This document shows, piece after piece, positions 1-8,506 of a stretch of 64,000 bases of DNA. Where the stretch lies: the IMG/VR virus record IMGVR_UViG_3300042891_000711, positions 154,903 to 218,902 of that record; one strand, written 5' to 3'. The position numbers and the translations under genes are program-made. The stretch's first letter is position 1, and every line of letters starts with the position of its first letter. Under the pieces are notes generated by a model, which saw nothing but the letters and a program-made list of their open reading frames with translations, did no database searches and was not told the origin of the DNA.

Positions 1-1526
1 TGTATCATTTCTTTCTGCCAGGGTTCTGGTTGCCAGCTAAAGTCAAAGCGGGCATAATCACATAGACTGCTGATTATCCATACGTGTTCTGTTGAGGCAG
101 TTGCCATAATACGTTTAAAGGTATCAAGGTAGTTGTCAACATATCGAGTCGATTTAATATCGGGGTGTTTCTTTTGTAGTTGCTCAAGTTGATCATTATC
201 ATTGCCATGATCCACAAAGTAAATGTCATGCAGGTCGTCTGGTATTATAATACTTTGATCTTGTACAAAGTTTAGGTTTGGAAATTCTTCTAAGCTGTTA
301 GCCCATGCGGATGTACGTTCAAATTCCCAACGATTAATTAAATAGGTATCACTCCACTTTTGATGTTGTGAACCAAATACATGTGTCATGTAACTTTGCC
401 ACGGTTCAGCATGCCATGCAAAGTTAAAGTCATCGTAGACGTTTTCACTACTGATAACCCAAAACTTACTGGTCTTTGCTCGTGCTACACAACGACGAAT
501 TGTGTCAATCATTGAATTAACATAGCGTACTCGTTGTACCTGTGGATACTGTTCAACTAATTTTTCATAACGTGCGGCCGAACTAGCATTGCTCCGGTCA
601 ATAAAGAATATATCTAATACTTGTATCACCGGGTTATCGTGTTGTCCTATAGTAGGAATATCTCCAGCAAACTTAACTTCGGTTGCACCCGGCGCAGTAT
701 AGGTCAGTCCGATACTAGATTGAAACTCTGAGCCAAAATGATAGATGTAGGGAGGATCCTGCGGATGCGGCACCCATCCAAAGTCTACAGTATCTGCATT
801 GACTTCTTCTGGTATAGTCCATAAGGTACGATCAGGTAAGGTACGTGCTACCACTACATCAATATATTTTTCTTGTGTAGCACCCGGTACGTGATATTCA
901 GGACCGCCCACTGCATTCCACACTGTAGGGAATTTATATATATAGGGTTCTTCTGCTGGGTGTGGTACCCAACTAAAGTCAAATGATTCTTTGTCTATAT
1001 TAGCAGGTACCTGCCAACGACTCATGTCACTGAGTGTGCGAGCAAAGAAATCATCTACAAACTTAACAGCAGTTGCACCAGGTACACGATATTCTGGACC
1101 ACCAATACGCTCCCATCCCCACTTAACAGGGAACTGATATACGTATGGTGGATCCAATGGATCAGGTGCCCATCTTTGATCAATACTGGCGGGATCTATG
1201 TTATCAGGTACATGCCAATAGTCTAAATTAGGCAGACGATGTGTGTATGTTTCTTTATGGTAGTTGTGTACTTTATCTTGTACAGTATACTTGTTAGCAA
1301 AGTAGGTGCCACCATCCTGTTGCCATTGGTTTGCCCACGTATGTATTTGATGCTGTTCCCAAGGCACTGCACGGAAATTAAAATCAAATCCTGTGTAGTC
1401 ATTCTGTCCATCTATGTACCAAAAGAATTTAGTGCGACTTAGTTCAGCCGCTTTGGCTAGTGTATCGGCCGGCAGTTCAAAAGGAAATAAGTTGGGCTTA
1501 GGGCCCTTATAGAATACATCAAACAT
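1..1526 (-). CDS. Large repeat protein with degenerate glycosyltransferase (GT-A)-like domains; runs off the window edge (3' truncated)
   Basis: Not in the ORF track. Manual translation from ATG at 1526 is open to base 1 (MFDVFYKGPKPNLFPFEL...). It has three ~66-aa W.VP..I...DF.W.PHP..PPYIY.FP...GGPEY.VPGAT repeats, then two domains (DIFFID...TSKFWVISS...FNFAWHAEPWQ; DIYFVD...TEHVWIISS...FDFSWQPEPWQ) resembling the N-terminus of the 15038..15934 protein. It overlaps the dCMP deaminase stop by 8 nt. Confidence 0.8.
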   Translation of the reverse strand, partial: MFDVFYKGPKPNLFPFELPADTLAKAAELSRTKFFWYIDGQNDYTGFDFNFRAVPWEQHQIHTWANQWQQDGGTYFANKYTVQDKVHNYHKETYTHRLPNLDYWHVPDNIDPASIDQRWAPDPLDPPYVYQFPVKWGWERIGGPEYRVPGATAVKFVDDFFARTLSDMSRWQVPANIDKESFDFSWVPHPAEEPYIYKFPTVWNAVGGPEYHVPGATQEKYIDVVVARTLPDRTLWTIPEEVNADTVDFGWVPHPQDPPYIYHFGSEFQSSIGLTYTAPGATEVKFAGDIPTIGQHDNPVIQVLDIFFIDRSNASSAARYEKLVEQYPQVQRVRYVNSMIDTIRRCVARAKTSKFWVISSENVYDDFNFAWHAEPWQSYMTHVFGSQHQKWSDTYLINRWEFERTSAWANSLEEFPNLNFVQDQSIIIPDDLHDIYFVDHGNDNDQLEQLQKKHPDIKSTRYVDNYLDTFKRIMATASTEHVWIISSLCDYARFDFSWQPEPWQKEMI

Positions 1527-1941
1527 CTAACTGTTCTACTTCCACTCCCGAAGCCTTAAGGAAATTGACTCCACTATCATCGCGATAACTAGTAGCGTAG
1601 TAAACTCGTTTGATACCACTTTGGTATATGAGCTTGGCACAATCCAAACAAGGACTATGAGTAACAAATAAGTCAGCATCAAGTCCAGACTCAGTGCTCC
1701 TGGCTAGTTTTGCAAGTGCGTTAGTTTCAGCATGTAGGACTTCCGGTTTAGTTTTAATCGTGCCATCGTCAAGTTCATACTCGCAGTTATTATCCCAACC
1801 AGTAGGCATACCATTGTAGCCAATTGAAATAATTCTGTCGTCTTTAACTACTAGTGCACCAACTTTAAGTCTACGTGCTGTGCTTAGATCACTGTAGAGA
1901 TGTGCAGCTCGCATGTGTGCTAGTTTATATTTTGTTTTCAT
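1519..1941 (-). CDS. cd: dCMP deaminase
   Basis: Motifs VGAL..KDDRIISIGYNG, HAE.NA and PC..CAKLI.QSGI. The start at 1941 (MKTKYK) forms an ATGA overlap with the upstream gene. Confidence 0.93.
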   Translation of the reverse strand: MKTKYKLAHMRAAHLYSDLSTARRLKVGALVVKDDRIISIGYNGMPTGWDNNCEYELDDGTIKTKPEVLHAETNALAKLARSTESGLDADLFVTHSPCLDCAKLIYQSGIKRVYYATSYRDDSGVNFLKASGVEVEQLDV

Positions 1942-2372
1942 TCTAGTATCCAAACTAAATCAGCCAAGGTCTTACTCCATTGATCAATATCATCAAATGT
2001 AGTAATACGGAAATCATATTCTTCAATGGACAAAGGTTCAAACAATTGATTAGTATCTTCGTAACGACCAGACCGAATAGTATCCATCCAAACCACTAGA
2101 TCAGCATCAAATATTTTTCTCAGTTCCCGTGTGGGACAGACAAAATCGCATATGGCAATTATATCTCGTTGCTCAATTGCAGTTGCGATATGTCGCATGC
2201 GATGTGCTTGTCGTAGTCTACCTTCACTGGTAAAATCCCAATCGTTGGTGGCCTGTCGGACTTCGTCGGCATTAACCCACTCTACAGCAAAGTTATTGGC
2301 TATTTCTTCTGTTAACCGTTCAGCTAACGTAGTTTTACCTGAGCCGGGTAGGCCACAAATTAAGATTTTCAT
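1938..2372 (-). CDS. Adenylylsulfate (APS) kinase-like P-loop kinase, short form
   Basis: MKILICGLPGSGKTTLA, NADEVR, DFTSEGR.RQ and ICDFVCP match the CysC pattern. The start is placed at 2372, 7 nt after a TATAAT box. Confidence 0.75.
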   Translation of the reverse strand: MKILICGLPGSGKTTLAERLTEEIANNFAVEWVNADEVRQATNDWDFTSEGRLRQAHRMRHIATAIEQRDIIAICDFVCPTRELRKIFDADLVVWMDTIRSGRYEDTNQLFEPLSIEEYDFRITTFDDIDQWSKTLADLVWILE

Positions 2373-2379
2373 ATTAGTT

Positions 2380-2408
2380 ATTATACAACCATTTTTAATG
2401 TACGTCAA
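2380..2408 (-). promoter_or_regulatory. Sigma70-type promoter for the APS kinase / dCMP deaminase / GT-repeat genes (probably leaderless)
   Basis: Minus strand reads TTGACG-N17-TATAAT, then 7 nt to the ATG at 2372. Confidence 0.75.
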
Positions 2409-2437
2409 GTATTTAATATCATGTAGCTGCCCCAAAT

Positions 2438-2445
2438 AATAAATA
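2438..2445 (+). promoter_or_regulatory. T4-type late promoter (AATAAATA) for the sulfotransferase-like gene
   Basis: TAAATA core 5 nt upstream of ATG 2451. Confidence 0.55.
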
Positions 2446-2450
2446 CAAGC

Positions 2451-3692
2451 ATGAATGTACTAATTCTTACACCCGACAGAGTTGGGTCAACCCTGCTACA
2501 AAGATTGCTTACCGTGTATATGTTAAGAAAAGGGTTTGATAAACCAGTAATTAACCTACATGAGTTAACCAACGGACTAGTACAATATTACAATACTACC
2601 ATAAATCAAACTGTTCTGGGTAAACCCGAAGGTCAAGACTGGGGATACCATCAATCCTTGTCCGAAGTTATTGAATTGCTATCTTCAACAGACCATTATA
2701 AAACTAGTAGACTAGCACACTATCATATTGTTAATAGACAGGATTCTATTGCCGAACAATTAAAGTTTTATGATTATCTCAATAAGAATTTTTATATAAT
2801 CAGCTGTCGTAGAGAAAATCTATTGGAGCATGCACTAAGCTGGTCAATTAATGCGCATAGTAAAAAATTAAATGTATACAGTCCACACGAAAAGATTAAT
2901 TCATTTTATGATATCTATCGTAACGGTATAGAAGTTCAACGAGATACTATGTATGCTCATTTAAAAAAATATAAAGAATATATCGATTGGTCTGACAGAT
3001 ATTTTAACATACAGTCACATTTTTATTATGAAAATGATGTGCCTAAGATTGAAGATTATATTTTAAATTTAGATTTTATGCAAGGGCACGCCAACAACTC
3101 CTGGCAGGATATGTTTGGGCAAAGCTTCGTCGACTATAATACCTGTCACAAACTTATTCCAGATTTATTGTTGTCTAATAATGTTACTGCCGATACAACA
3201 AAAATCAGTCGTCCACAGTGGGCGTGGAATTCTGAGTCGCTTAATGAATTAAATTGGAATACTGTTAAAGGGAAAGATTGGCCAGAGTACGATGATGTAA
3301 CTGTTGAATCATTTAATAAACTGCCAGCACCTATACAATCAGAACTTACTGAATTTGGCTATAACCCAAACAAGTATTCAGTATCAGTTACTGCTGATGT
3401 TTACAATTTTTTAAACCAGCATGTTGCACAGTATAAAGACACAGATGACCAACTGAACAAACTAGTACAAGATGGATTCTTAGTAACAGGCATTCCAATT
3501 AAACTACAGTCGTTCAGTGAAAAGAAATCTATTGTTAGAAACTTTAACGAATGTGTCGATTGGTATAATGAGTGGACTGTGGATAATTCCTATGGAAAGA
3601 AATATTCTGCGGAAGACATAAGTCAATTATGCATCATTGAAGATACTCGATTGACATTGCCTTTAGTGACTGTTAGTAAATTACTTTCATAA
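2451..3692 (+). CDS. Sulfotransferase-like protein (P-loop/Stf0-like)
   Basis: N-terminal ILTPDRVGSTLL (5'-PSB-like RxGST) and IISCRRENLLEHALSW (3'-PB-like R...S); adjacent to the APS kinase. Confidence 0.6.
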   Translation: MNVLILTPDRVGSTLLQRLLTVYMLRKGFDKPVINLHELTNGLVQYYNTTINQTVLGKPEGQDWGYHQSLSEVIELLSSTDHYKTSRLAHYHIVNRQDSIAEQLKFYDYLNKNFYIISCRRENLLEHALSWSINAHSKKLNVYSPHEKINSFYDIYRNGIEVQRDTMYAHLKKYKEYIDWSDRYFNIQSHFYYENDVPKIEDYILNLDFMQGHANNSWQDMFGQSFVDYNTCHKLIPDLLLSNNVTADTTKISRPQWAWNSESLNELNWNTVKGKDWPEYDDVTVESFNKLPAPIQSELTEFGYNPNKYSVSVTADVYNFLNQHVAQYKDTDDQLNKLVQDGFLVTGIPIKLQSFSEKKSIVRNFNECVDWYNEWTVDNSYGKKYSAEDISQLCIIEDTRLTLPLVTVSKLLS

Positions 3693-4521
3693 GGTCTGAC
3701 ACAAAATTAGTTGCAGTAGCTTTGTCATAATGGTGACCATCTCTTGCTAGATCAACCTGTGTCAACTGAATAATATTATTACGAATTGCCGAATCGGTTA
3801 GATGTATGTACTCGTAGTAATCATTATAAAAATCATACGTACTTAACTCTTCTTTAATGTTCACAGGAAGGGAATCAAATTCTAGTTTTGTGCGAGGTGC
3901 AGTGGGCCATGTATCTCCACTAAGTTTTTTCCATTTAATATTGAAAAATTCTTCATTTTCTATACGGTACGCACCAGGAATCATTGAATGAATTAATTTA
4001 GTAGTGGTTACAGCGGTATTAACGGCATCTAAATTTTTATCAAAATTATGTAAATAAACTTTATTATCTAAATCAGTATATGCCAGGCGGCGATTCTCGT
4101 CAATCTTAGTGTCATCTGTGTCTTCAGCTCGTTCAACATAAGTCCACTGGATAATTATACATCGAGGAGTTATAGTTTCTAACAAGCGTAGTACTTTTCT
4201 TGCGATCCAATCATTGCTGGCGCCGTCCATACTAACATTAATACACCGAATGTTAGTTTTATTTTGTAATATGTTTACCCAAGTATGCTCTAATGGGCTA
4301 CCCAATCCTACTGTAAAACTATCACCAAAGCACCATATTGCATCGGTTATGTTATCGGGCCATTCACTGTCTCTGAATCCTCGAGAATTGTAATTGTATT
4401 CAATGGCATAAGGATAAGAATTAAAATGATGTTTATCCGTGCAATATTTCTCAGAATCTATACCAGATTCATTCCATACTTTATGTTGTCTGGTAGTTAA
4501 TATAAAATCTGGTAGTATCAA
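3673..4521 (-). CDS. SGNH/GDSL-fold protein (esterase or acyltransferase)
   Basis: Block I CFGDSFTVG, block II GASN, and C-terminal DGHH (DxxH). Confidence 0.7.
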   Translation of the reverse strand: MILPDFILTTRQHKVWNESGIDSEKYCTDKHHFNSYPYAIEYNYNSRGFRDSEWPDNITDAIWCFGDSFTVGLGSPLEHTWVNILQNKTNIRCINVSMDGASNDWIARKVLRLLETITPRCIIIQWTYVERAEDTDDTKIDENRRLAYTDLDNKVYLHNFDKNLDAVNTAVTTTKLIHSMIPGAYRIENEEFFNIKWKKLSGDTWPTAPRTKLEFDSLPVNIKEELSTYDFYNDYYEYIHLTDSAIRNNIIQLTQVDLARDGHHYDKATATNFVSDLMKVIY

Positions 4522-6008
4522 GATAAAACTCGAATTCCGTATAACTGCTCAAAGCGGTCAGCATCTGCACGATCGTTAACCATCGGTTCACCACGTACAT
4601 TTAAACTTGTATTAAGTAACATAGGACAACCTGTCCAAGTATACCACAAGCACAATAGTTCACGTATACCACTGCCATCTCTGGGCACAGTCTGTACACG
4701 ACTTGTACCATCTACATGTATTATAGCAGGAAATTCATCGGGTCGCAGGCACTTTGCAGTTGTTTGCATGTATCTGCTTGTGGCAAATCCGTTGGGCATT
4801 TCAAAATACTCATCAACAAACTCCTCTAGTATTATAGGAGCGAATGGTCTAAACTTCTGTCTACGTTTAATTTGATTAACTGCATCTTTAATGTCAGGGC
4901 CACGTGGGTCGGCTAATAAACTACGATTGCCCAATGCTCTAGGGCCAAACTCTGCACGGCCGCTAGCAACGCCAACGATCTTATTGGTCATTAGCTCAGA
5001 GACAACATCGGTGACAGGATAACTGCCACTAATATTATGGCCAAGAAAAGCATTATTCCAATTAAGTTTACCCCCGTGTGCCAATGCCGCCGCTCCAAGG
5101 CTGCTACCAGCATCACCAGGATTAGGCATAATCCATATTTCATCAAAGTATTCTCCTAGATCTCTATTAGCACTGCAATTAAGAGCAACTCCGCCAGCAT
5201 ATACTAAATTACTATTAGGTGCTAGCTTCTTTGCCTTGTACATAATATTATGTATCAATTGTTCTGTTAATGTCTGTGCCGCATTAGCAATTTCAAAATC
5301 ATTCCAACGAGCTCGCATGTCATTATCGGGTAGACCAATATGTAGATTGTGTTTTAATGTTAGATTAAACTCATGGTCAACTAACCAAGTTGACAGTTGA
5401 TCACTTAGACGTGTGGTATTTTGTTTTGCCCAACCTGCCATACCCATCAAGATGTATTCTTCATCTAGTGGTTTAAGTCCAACTTCTTTAGTAAATGCAC
5501 TGTACATCAAGCCGATGCTGTGTGGATATAGTTGTCGCCATACTCGGGTGTATTCAGCACGGCCATTGACATACTTAGCTGACCATATGCTTATGGTGTC
5601 CCACTCGCCGATGGCATCGATTACCACAACTGTTGCGCTGTCAAACGGGCTAGTTTGAAAGCCGGCCGCTGCATGACTTAAATGATGATTGTATGTATTA
5701 ATCGGAGTAGAACTCAACCACGGAGCGACTTTGTGTATCATGTTGCGCACACTCCAGCCTTTAGTTAGTTCGCTGTACTGGCCAGCATAGAGTTGACGTG
5801 TCTTTTTAACCCAGGGTCTTTCGTAGTAGGCAATTAGATCAGGTTCGCCATGATTAAATATGCAATCTTTAAACAGTTCACTGTTTAAATTTGGATCGTG
5901 TTTAATCTTGCTGTAACGTTCAGCATGGCCCGCAAAGACAATGTCATCGCCTTTGATTAATGTAATTGCTGCGTCATGAAACCCAGCCGAGATGCCTAAT
6001 ATGTTCAT
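4518..6008 (-). CDS. O-carbamoyltransferase (NodU/CmcH/TobZ family)
   Basis: GISAGFHDAA, ERYSKIKH, HHLSHAA, DAIGE, GGVALNC, GDAGSSLGAA, EFGPRALGNRS, RPFAP, HVDGTSRVQTV and LLNTSLNVRGEP. Confidence 0.95.
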   Translation of the reverse strand: MNILGISAGFHDAAITLIKGDDIVFAGHAERYSKIKHDPNLNSELFKDCIFNHGEPDLIAYYERPWVKKTRQLYAGQYSELTKGWSVRNMIHKVAPWLSSTPINTYNHHLSHAAAGFQTSPFDSATVVVIDAIGEWDTISIWSAKYVNGRAEYTRVWRQLYPHSIGLMYSAFTKEVGLKPLDEEYILMGMAGWAKQNTTRLSDQLSTWLVDHEFNLTLKHNLHIGLPDNDMRARWNDFEIANAAQTLTEQLIHNIMYKAKKLAPNSNLVYAGGVALNCSANRDLGEYFDEIWIMPNPGDAGSSLGAAALAHGGKLNWNNAFLGHNISGSYPVTDVVSELMTNKIVGVASGRAEFGPRALGNRSLLADPRGPDIKDAVNQIKRRQKFRPFAPIILEEFVDEYFEMPNGFATSRYMQTTAKCLRPDEFPAIIHVDGTSRVQTVPRDGSGIRELLCLWYTWTGCPMLLNTSLNVRGEPMVNDRADADRFEQLYGIRVLS

Positions 6009-6522
6009 TGATTACTTCCGCTATTCGTTGATGCCCTAGTTCCAGTGGATGTCCACCCGGTCCTTTTGGACAATCACCCATCCATTCTACTATGCCTTGG
6101 TTTGGCCAGCCTAGCCAACATGATAATCCTGTGTCAGTTGCTTGTTGTTGTATATCAAAGGTACTTACAAACACGTGTGGTATATTGTGTAAATAGGCAT
6201 CTAATAACTTAGTCTGTACTATAAATTTTTTATAAGCCCATGCAGTGTCCCAGTCAGCAAATACACTATTGACTACAGGACCATATTTTTTATAACTAGC
6301 CGATGTTAAATGTTTGCCAGGCAATTCAATACGGTTAGGACTAGTCCATGCTACGATTACATAATCAACTGAATGTGTGTCGACATAGTCAACTGTTGAT
6401 CTAAGTATGTAATCATTACTAGCACCAGGAACACTAATGTTTACAGTGCCACTGATTAAATCAGGCCATGCAACTTCGCTTTCTTCACCTGCGGTAAAAC
6501 TATCGCCATTGACTAAAATCAT
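5974..6522 (-). CDS. SGNH-fold protein
   Basis: NGDSFTAG, GASN, WTSPNR and GGHPLELGH. Confidence 0.7.
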   Translation of the reverse strand: MILVNGDSFTAGEESEVAWPDLISGTVNISVPGASNDYILRSTVDYVDTHSVDYVIVAWTSPNRIELPGKHLTSASYKKYGPVVNSVFADWDTAWAYKKFIVQTKLLDAYLHNIPHVFVSTFDIQQQATDTGLSCWLGWPNQGIVEWMGDCPKGPGGHPLELGHQRIAEVINEHIRHLGWVS

Positions 6523-6620
6523 TTATAGATAAAAGGATCGCGTTTACGTAATTCTTTTAATTTTTTACGATAGTTTATTTCTAATCGAATTCTACTGTAT
6601 AAATTCTTTAACCAGTTCAT
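6519..6620 (-). CDS. 33-aa basic peptide MNWLKNLYSRIRLEINYRKKLKELRKRDPFIYK
   Basis: Below the ORF-track cutoff. It bridges the gap between two SGNH genes, and its TGA overlaps the ATG of the next gene (ATGA at 6519-6522). Confidence 0.75.
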   Translation of the reverse strand: MNWLKNLYSRIRLEINYRKKLKELRKRDPFIYK

Positions 6621-7419
6621 GATAATTCTCCCGAATATATTTTGCAGCATCAATATGCGCAGGTTCCAACGGATGTGTTGTGCCTATAGGATATTTAAAG
6701 TCTCTTGCCCAGGTATAAAATCCTTGATTATTTGGGAAAGTAATCCAACGATCGAAGTCAATTTGATTGTATAATAATGCTATACTTTCATCATTCATTA
6801 GATGCATACAGTTATTTAATAGTGCTTCATCCACCATTGAAAATATATAGGGTATCTTTCTTAACTGTAGATATTGCTGTAACATAATTATTTCTGTCAG
6901 CGAATTATAAGTTTCCCAATACTGTTCTTTTGATGCACCGATGTGCTTATAAAATGTTTTGGCAAATTCAGTTACGCCTGAACGTTTTGCTCGATTTAAA
7001 TGTGTAACGTGATGTTCGAGTATATCAGGATCATCTGTTTTAAATTCGCGTTTAATATCTTCTATATCATCAATGATTGACCAAGAAGTAAGGTTGTACC
7101 AATTACCCCAACGTTCTTCTGTATCATAATTAAATCTAAATTCGTATCTACCAGGAAAGGTCCATGTCACAATCACTAATCCAACGTCTTGTAATTTTTC
7201 ACAGGCGTTCATCGTAGTCCGACGAATAGCACTGTTACTAAATCCGGGATATGCTGCACATTCATAGTGCATACCAAAGTTTTGGGCTAAGAGTGCCGGG
7301 TAAGTACTTAAACTGACTATCTGATGGGCAGGGTCAGGGTTAGTAGTATCTCTATGAGTAACACTATCGGTTAGTTCACTGCCATAAGTAAAACTATCAC
7401 CGCCTGATAGTAAAATCAT
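6592..7419 (-). CDS. SGNH-fold protein
   Basis: GGDSFTYG, GFSN, WTFPGR and THPLEPAH; paralog of 5974..6522. Confidence 0.7.
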   Translation of the reverse strand: MILLSGGDSFTYGSELTDSVTHRDTTNPDPAHQIVSLSTYPALLAQNFGMHYECAAYPGFSNSAIRRTTMNACEKLQDVGLVIVTWTFPGRYEFRFNYDTEERWGNWYNLTSWSIIDDIEDIKREFKTDDPDILEHHVTHLNRAKRSGVTEFAKTFYKHIGASKEQYWETYNSLTEIIMLQQYLQLRKIPYIFSMVDEALLNNCMHLMNDESIALLYNQIDFDRWITFPNNQGFYTWARDFKYPIGTTHPLEPAHIDAAKYIRENYHELVKEFIQ

Positions 7420-7420
7420 C

Positions 7421-8506
7421 TTAGGATATCCTTAGGATCTGTTGATCTCGATAGTCACTGTCTGACCAATCGTATGTATAAGTTACAGTAGCACTACTAG
7501 TTCGTATGCTGTGTACATTTAAGTGTAGGCCGAGCTGTGCCCATATAACGTTATAGTCTGTTGATCCAAAACTTCTAATTAAATCAACTTGTCCGACCTG
7601 TGGGTGACCAATTGTTAATGTTTTATCTTCTGGATCGAATCCATTGTCAATTAACCATGTTCTAAACGCTTCAAGACTTCGTATTTGCCAATGATATTTG
7701 CCCGGGTCATTGGCCCATTCAATATCAAAGTCTCCGGCGGCTTCTGTTTGCGAACGCAATGTTGTAGTAGTCAATTCATCTATTCTATGCCCTGCTGCGC
7801 CTTCATCTCGAAATACTTCATAATGATGTTTGCCCACTGCTTTGTTGACTCCAGCGAATACACCACCCAGTGGTCGGTTTATGCTGTTAATTCCAAACAA
7901 TTCAAAATCATCTGCATCTAATACAAATCTTGGTGCATTTAACCAACACATTAGCTGACTTGGTCTTCGCCATTCTGGTGCGTGCGCGGCTTTGCGCATG
8001 CTCAACACCAGCGATTCGTATTCATGACATAATAAATTTAATTGTCGAATGTGCCATTTAGTTTGATTATCAGCACGGTTGTAATATTCTGTCATATGGC
8101 CGCTAGTGCCCTGCAGGTCTTCAAAATATCGATGCAATTGATTTAATTTATCATGTATAATCATACCACCTGGTAAATCATCACCTACCGGTCCGGGCAT
8201 TATTGTATTAGCCACTGTGAAATGATCATCAATTTGATAGCCAATATTAGCTTGATTAATTGCAGCAATTGACTGATTCATTTGATCAGTTATATACTCT
8301 GCATTACGTTCAGATTCGATAAAGCCGTGAAAACAATAATTCTTTTCTAAGTGATAGTTATTTTCTACTAGATGATTTAATGCTGATAACCATTTACGAC
8401 TAAGTGAGCTGTCAAATACATCAATGTATACAGTTAACAGTTCGTTGGTTTTATTGTTTTTTAAATCAATTTCAATTTGATCAAGCAATGTTGTTGTACC
8501 ATTCAT
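7421..8506 (-). CDS. Hypothetical protein in the radical SAM operon (His/Glu-rich helical motifs)
   Basis: 361-aa ORF coupled to both neighbours, with LNQLHRYFE and LNLLCHEYE motifs; no family recognised. Confidence 0.6.
   Translation of the reverse strand: MNGTTTLLDQIEIDLKNNKTNELLTVYIDVFDSSLSRKWLSALNHLVENNYHLEKNYCFHGFIESERNAEYITDQMNQSIAAINQANIGYQIDDHFTVANTIMPGPVGDDLPGGMIIHDKLNQLHRYFEDLQGTSGHMTEYYNRADNQTKWHIRQLNLLCHEYESLVLSMRKAAHAPEWRRPSQLMCWLNAPRFVLDADDFELFGINSINRPLGGVFAGVNKAVGKHHYEVFRDEGAAGHRIDELTTTTLRSQTEAAGDFDIEWANDPGKYHWQIRSLEAFRTWLIDNGFDPEDKTLTIGHPQVGQVDLIRSFGSTDYNVIWAQLGLHLNVHSIRTSSATVTYTYDWSDSDYRDQQILRIS

Noticed and set aside
1223-1442. Short ORFs 1223..1411(-) and 1239..1442(+)
   Set aside because: They are off-frame or antisense shadows of the real gene running from 1526 off the window edge.
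1938-7419. Resemblance to saxitoxin tailoring genes (carbamoyltransferase, PFIY peptide, GDSL, sulfotransferase, APS kinase)
   Set aside because: These are generic tailoring families. No PKS-like scaffold enzyme or amidinotransferase is present, so toxin synthesis is unsupported.
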